A DNA stretch of 57,210 bases from an uncultured Planctomycetia bacterium (GTDB taxonomy: Bacteria > Omnitrophota > Gorgyraeia > 2-02-FULL-51-18), in assembly GCA_964497635.1 (NCBI GenBank), contig CAZCDB010000001.1, positions 1 to 57,210 of the forward strand, in the 5' to 3' direction. Below, piece after piece: positions 54,686 to 57,210 of this stretch. How positions within the stretch are numbered: position 1 is the first letter of the stretch; every line of letters begins with the position of its first letter. Position numbers and translations under genes: made by a program. The notes under the pieces were generated by a model. That model saw nothing but the letters and a program-made list of their open reading frames with translations. It was not told the origin of the DNA and searched no databases.

Positions 54686-55971
54686 CAAAAACAGCCATCG
54701 TAGGATTGGGGTATGTAGGGCTTCCACTGGCGCTTCAATTTGTCCGCTCCGGAGTTTCTGTTTTGGGTTTGGATATTGATCCGGACAAAGTTATCTCCCT
54801 AAACAAGGGAAAAAGTTATATCCAGCATATTCCGGATCTTGAGATTGCGGAAGCCCTGGCCGCTGGGCGCTTTCAGGCTTCCTGTGATTTTTCAAAAGTT
54901 TCTGAAGTGGGAGCCGTCATTATTTGTGTCCCCACTCCCCTCAATAAAAATCGTGAGCCGGATATCTCTTATATTTTAAAAACAGGGGAGGCGATTGCGC
55001 CTCATCTGCGCCGTGGCATGATTGTGGTGCTTGAATCTACCACGTATCCGGGAACCACGGATGAGGATTTAAGAAAAGTACTCGAAAAGGGGTCGGCGCT
55101 TAAAGCGGGTGTTGATTTTAACCTGGCTTTTTCGCCGGAGCGAGAGGATCCCGGAAATCCTTTGAGCCGTGTCGGAGATATTCCGAAGGTGGTGGGTGGA
55201 CTGACTCCTCAATGTCTTGAAAAAACCAAAGCGCTTTATGAACAGGCGATTAAAAAGGTAATCCCTGTTTCTTCTTGCCGGGCGGCGGAAGCCACCAAGC
55301 TTCTTGAGAATATTTTCCGCAGTGTTAACATTGCTTTGGTCAATGAGCTCAAAGTGATTTATGCGGCGATGGGTATCGATATCTGGGAAGTGATTGAAGC
55401 GGCCAAAACCAAACCTTTTGGCTTTATGCCCTTTTATCCGGGGCCGGGTCTTGGGGGGCATTGCATTCCCATCGATCCTTTTTATCTAGCCTGGAAGGCA
55501 CGTGAGTATGGGAAGCCGACACGATTTATTGAGTTGGCGGGAGAGATCAATACTGCGATGCCTGAGTATGTGGTCAATCGTCTGGCGGAAGCACTCAACA
55601 GTCGTAAAAAAGCAATCAATGGAAGCCGGATTCTTTTGATGGGACTGGCTTACAAGCCCGATGTGGATGATATGAGAGAGTCGCCGACTTTTGTGTTGAT
55701 GGATCTACTGAAAGCCAGAGGAGCCCAGGTTGATTATTTCGATCCTCATATTCCAGTGATCAAACCCACGCGTGAGCATGCGCAGTGGGCGGGTTTAAAG
55801 TCTGTGGTCTGGAGCCAAGCCAATATTTCAAGTTATGATGCTGTTTTGATTTCCACGGCGCATCGACAGGTCTCGTACGAGCAGCTTTTTTTGTGGGCAG
55901 AGTGTATTGTGGATACCCGTAACGTGATGAAAGGTTCTTTGGCAGTCCCGGGAAAGGTTTTTAAAGCCTAA
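54682..55971 (+). CDS. Nucleotide-sugar dehydrogenase (UDP-GlcNAc/ManNAc 6-dehydrogenase-like)
   Basis: GTG start overlapping the gmd stop. [12 protein letters not shown] Rossmann motif, [11 protein letters not shown] catalytic Cys, and a C-terminal UDP-binding domain. Confidence 0.85.
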   Translation: MTKTAIVGLGYVGLPLALQFVRSGVSVLGLDIDPDKVISLNKGKSYIQHIPDLEIAEALAAGRFQASCDFSKVSEVGAVIICVPTPLNKNREPDISYILKTGEAIAPHLRRGMIVVLESTTYPGTTDEDLRKVLEKGSALKAGVDFNLAFSPEREDPGNPLSRVGDIPKVVGGLTPQCLEKTKALYEQAIKKVIPVSSCRAAEATKLLENIFRSVNIALVNELKVIYAAMGIDIWEVIEAAKTKPFGFMPFYPGPGLGGHCIPIDPFYLAWKAREYGKPTRFIELAGEINTAMPEYVVNRLAEALNSRKKAINGSRILLMGLAYKPDVDDMRESPTFVLMDLLKARGAQVDYFDPHIPVIKPTREHAQWAGLKSVVWSQANISSYDAVLISTAHRQVSYEQLFLWAECIVDTRNVMKGSLAVPGKVFKA

Positions 55972-56312
55972 TGGAAAAAGACGAGCGCCCTTGGGGAAAA
56001 TATGAAGTGTTATGTGAAGCTCCGGGGACCAAGACGAAGCGGATTGAAGTCTATCCCGGAAAAAGATTTAGCTTACAGAAACATTTGAAGCGAGCTGAAA
56101 AATGGATTGTGATGACCGGCCAGGGGATCGCCACTGTCGGTGAACAACAAGTGAAGGTAGGTCCCGGATCTTTTGTGGATGTTCCTTGCGGGCAAACTCA
56201 TCGTATGCATAATATTGGGGAAACCCCTCTAGTGATTATTGAAGTTCAGTTTGGTAGCTACCTAGGAGAAGATGATATTGTACGATTCGAGGACGATTTT
56301 GGCCGAGCATAG
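55971..56312 (+). CDS. Stand-alone cupin domain of type II phosphomannose isomerase
   Basis: 113 aa. ERPWGKYEVL, SLQKHLKRAEKWIV and GQTHRMHNIGETPLVIIEVQ match the C-terminal cupin of GMP/PMI bifunctional enzymes. Confidence 0.75.
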   Translation: MEKDERPWGKYEVLCEAPGTKTKRIEVYPGKRFSLQKHLKRAEKWIVMTGQGIATVGEQQVKVGPGSFVDVPCGQTHRMHNIGETPLVIIEVQFGSYLGEDDIVRFEDDFGRA

Positions 56313-57096
56313 TAATCTGCTGAAAAAAACCAATCTCTTTTTTATTTTTTTAATTATCTCAGTAGCTTTTTTATCGGGCTGCGCGAAGCCTGCGATGAGG
56401 ACTTCGAGTACTTATTTTGCTCCCCCGACTCAAGTGATCCCACCCTCCCAAGGTTTTTACCACACCATCCAGAAGGGGCAGACTCTTTATTCCATCTCAA
56501 AGATTTACCGGGTGGATTTGGAAACGATTAAACGAGCCAATCGTATTTATGATCCTAGTTCTTTGGAAGTCGGACAGAAACTTTTTATTCCGCAAGCGGT
56601 GGCTTATACCTCCGGGCGGTCGTGGACTGGAGGGGCCGGTCCCGTTAGCTTTGACCAGGCTTTGCGGATTATTGGGCCCAGGAAAAATACTTATTTTTGG
56701 AAAACAATCACGGTGCATCATAGCGGGACGCGCCAAGGCAGTGCTCGCAGCTTTGAGCGGGATCATAAGCGTCGTAAGATGGGTGGGCTTTTTTATCATT
56801 TTGTCATTGGCAATGGCACTTCGACCGGGGATGGAGAAATTGAGACAGGGTTTCGGTGGCGGCGTCAAATCAAGGCCAATCGGCCTTATGACATCCAGAT
56901 TTGCTTGGTAGGAAATTTTGACAATCAGGAGGTTTCCTCGGCTCAGATGAACTCTCTGGTCAATTTGATCCGTGCAATTCAACAGGAATATCGAATCTCC
57001 ACCGGCAATGTGCGCCAGCACTGCGATATTCCGGGGAAACACACGGATTGCCCAGGAAAAAGATTTCCTTTTAGCCGCCTTCTATCGGCTTTATAA
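56272..57096 (+). CDS. LysM-domain N-acetylmuramoyl-L-alanine amidase (Amidase_2/PGRP type) lipoprotein
   Basis: Lipobox FLSGC. LysM domain YHTIQKGQTLYSISKIYRVDLETIKRANRIYDPSSLEVGQKLFIP. Amidase_2 motifs ITVHHSG and CPGKRFP. The start is uncertain, because ATG 56272 overlaps the upstream gene by 41 nt. Confidence 0.75.
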   Translation: MILYDSRTILAEHSNLLKKTNLFFIFLIISVAFLSGCAKPAMRTSSTYFAPPTQVIPPSQGFYHTIQKGQTLYSISKIYRVDLETIKRANRIYDPSSLEVGQKLFIPQAVAYTSGRSWTGGAGPVSFDQALRIIGPRKNTYFWKTITVHHSGTRQGSARSFERDHKRRKMGGLFYHFVIGNGTSTGDGEIETGFRWRRQIKANRPYDIQICLVGNFDNQEVSSAQMNSLVNLIRAIQQEYRISTGNVRQHCDIPGKHTDCPGKRFPFSRLLSAL

Positions 57097-57112
57097 TTCA
57101 AGTACTGCTTTG

Positions 57113-57210
57113 GGTGTTGCGATGGGTCCGGGCCGACTGTCCGTACAGTCGGCACTTCGCTTCGGCCTTGACGGCCTTTGCGTCGCCGCTGCGGTTTCCC
57201 GTCGCATCCT
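57113..57210. repeat. Structured element E6: a member of the hairpin-element family seen in the tRNA island, cut by the window end
   Basis: CTGCTT..GTTGCGATGG matches the 5' arm of E3. Closing stem GCGATGGG / CCCGTCGC (57119-57126 / 57198-57205). Hairpin GCCGACTGT-CCGT-ACAGTCGGC (57132-57153) resembles the E4 hairpin GTCGACTGTCC-AGT-GGACAGTCGAC. A further hairpin is GGCC-TTGAC-GGCC. Confidence 0.6.

Overview
A 57.2-kb, gene-dense chromosomal segment from a diderm bacterium, as shown by LptF/LptG, AsmA, a porin-like OMP and MscL. The PurS/PurQ/small-PurL purine system, the giant ORF and the pilin-like protein fit an uncultivated lineage such as Omnitrophota, but that is inference only. Left to right: (1) The last 7.5 kb of a giant ORF that is still open at the left window edge. 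It carries two CheY-like receiver domains, HEAT-like repeats, one C-proximal hydrophobic helix and a recurring G/A-A-R-L linker motif. (2) A vapBC toxin-antitoxin pair with a near-consensus promoter and a palindromic operator. (3) aroD, then an 11-kb co-directional block: purB-purS-purQ-purL-orf84-purF-purM-purD-purE-LMW phosphatase-rpiB-glyA. (4) An AT-rich pair: an unknown secreted protein and an HTTM::DCC(DUF393) fusion. (5) A translationally coupled cupredoxin-like protein / sensor diguanylate cyclase / porin-like OMP operon on the minus strand. (6) A delta-9-type desaturase, mgtE, a prepilin-type protein and nadK. (7) A GbsR/MarR-type regulator followed by an 8-gene translationally coupled lipid-modification operon: desaturase, DUF1295, two CFA-synthase-like methylases, a flavin amine-oxidase-like protein, DUF1365, a chalcone-isomerase-like protein and a thioesterase. 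This resembles furan/methylated fatty-acid clusters. (8) A small lipoprotein, a 4xPKD protein, AsmA, mscL and a periplasmic rhodanese. (9) A 1.3-kb tRNA island (Arg-CCG, Lys-CUU, Leu-UAG, Gly-GCC). About three quarters of its DNA is recurrent, highly structured elements and partial tRNA duplications that no standard feature type explains. This is the most unusual part of the window. (10) ptsN-yvcK-ptsH-ptsI, a nucleotidyltransferase, metK-ahcY, lptFG, comF, nth, gmd, a nucleotide-sugar dehydrogenase, a cupin and a LysM-amidase lipoprotein. One more member of the structured-element family is cut by the right window edge. I found no CRISPR array, rRNA, transposase or integrase.
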